A stretch of DNA of 64,000 bases from Octopus bimaculoides (taxonomy: Eukaryota). The notes under the pieces were generated by a model, which worked only from the letters and a program-made list of their open reading frames with translations, had not been told where the DNA came from and ran no database searches. The stretch is from assembly GCF_001194135.2 (NCBI RefSeq), contig NC_068996.1:6329848-6393847 (forward strand), written 5' to 3'. Shown here one piece after another: positions 63,999 to 64,000 of this stretch; position 1 is the first letter of the stretch, and the number at the start of each line of letters is the position of its first letter. The position numbers were made by a program, and so were the translations under genes.

Positions 63999-64000
63999 AT

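Overview
Eukaryotic, AT-rich, microsatellite-dense draft-assembly window with 11 N-gaps. The repeat repertoire points to a coleoid cephalopod, most likely Octopus (inference from SINE/RTE/MITE families, not a database hit). Most of the window looks like intron of one large minus-strand gene. Two phase-compatible coding exons are well supported (43324-43610 and 19226-19779); they encode a Ser-rich, probably disordered region with a PPPVPAKP motif, and I cannot name the gene. The rest is layered transposon debris: several tRNA-derived SINE families, young RTE-LINE 3' tails ending in (GAT)n, old RTE/CR1-Jockey/I-type RT relics, an R4/Dong-type RLE fragment in a (TAA)n tract, at least five Tc1/mariner lineages, a hATm-like element with an 8-bp TSD, and hAT and piggyBac-type MITEs. 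The most notable observations are (i) a complete type I minimal hammerhead ribozyme fold at 31677-31722, (ii) a tRNA-headed element carrying a Penelope-type hammerhead with an inverted copy of its own 3' end (7105-7474), (iii) a fold-back mariner built from two 5' ends, and (iv) several long intronic inverted repeats that could be dsRNA/ADAR substrates. Most supplied ORFs are microsatellite, gap or antisense-repeat artefacts. Repeat boundaries were read by eye and are approximate unless a TIR or TSD is quoted.
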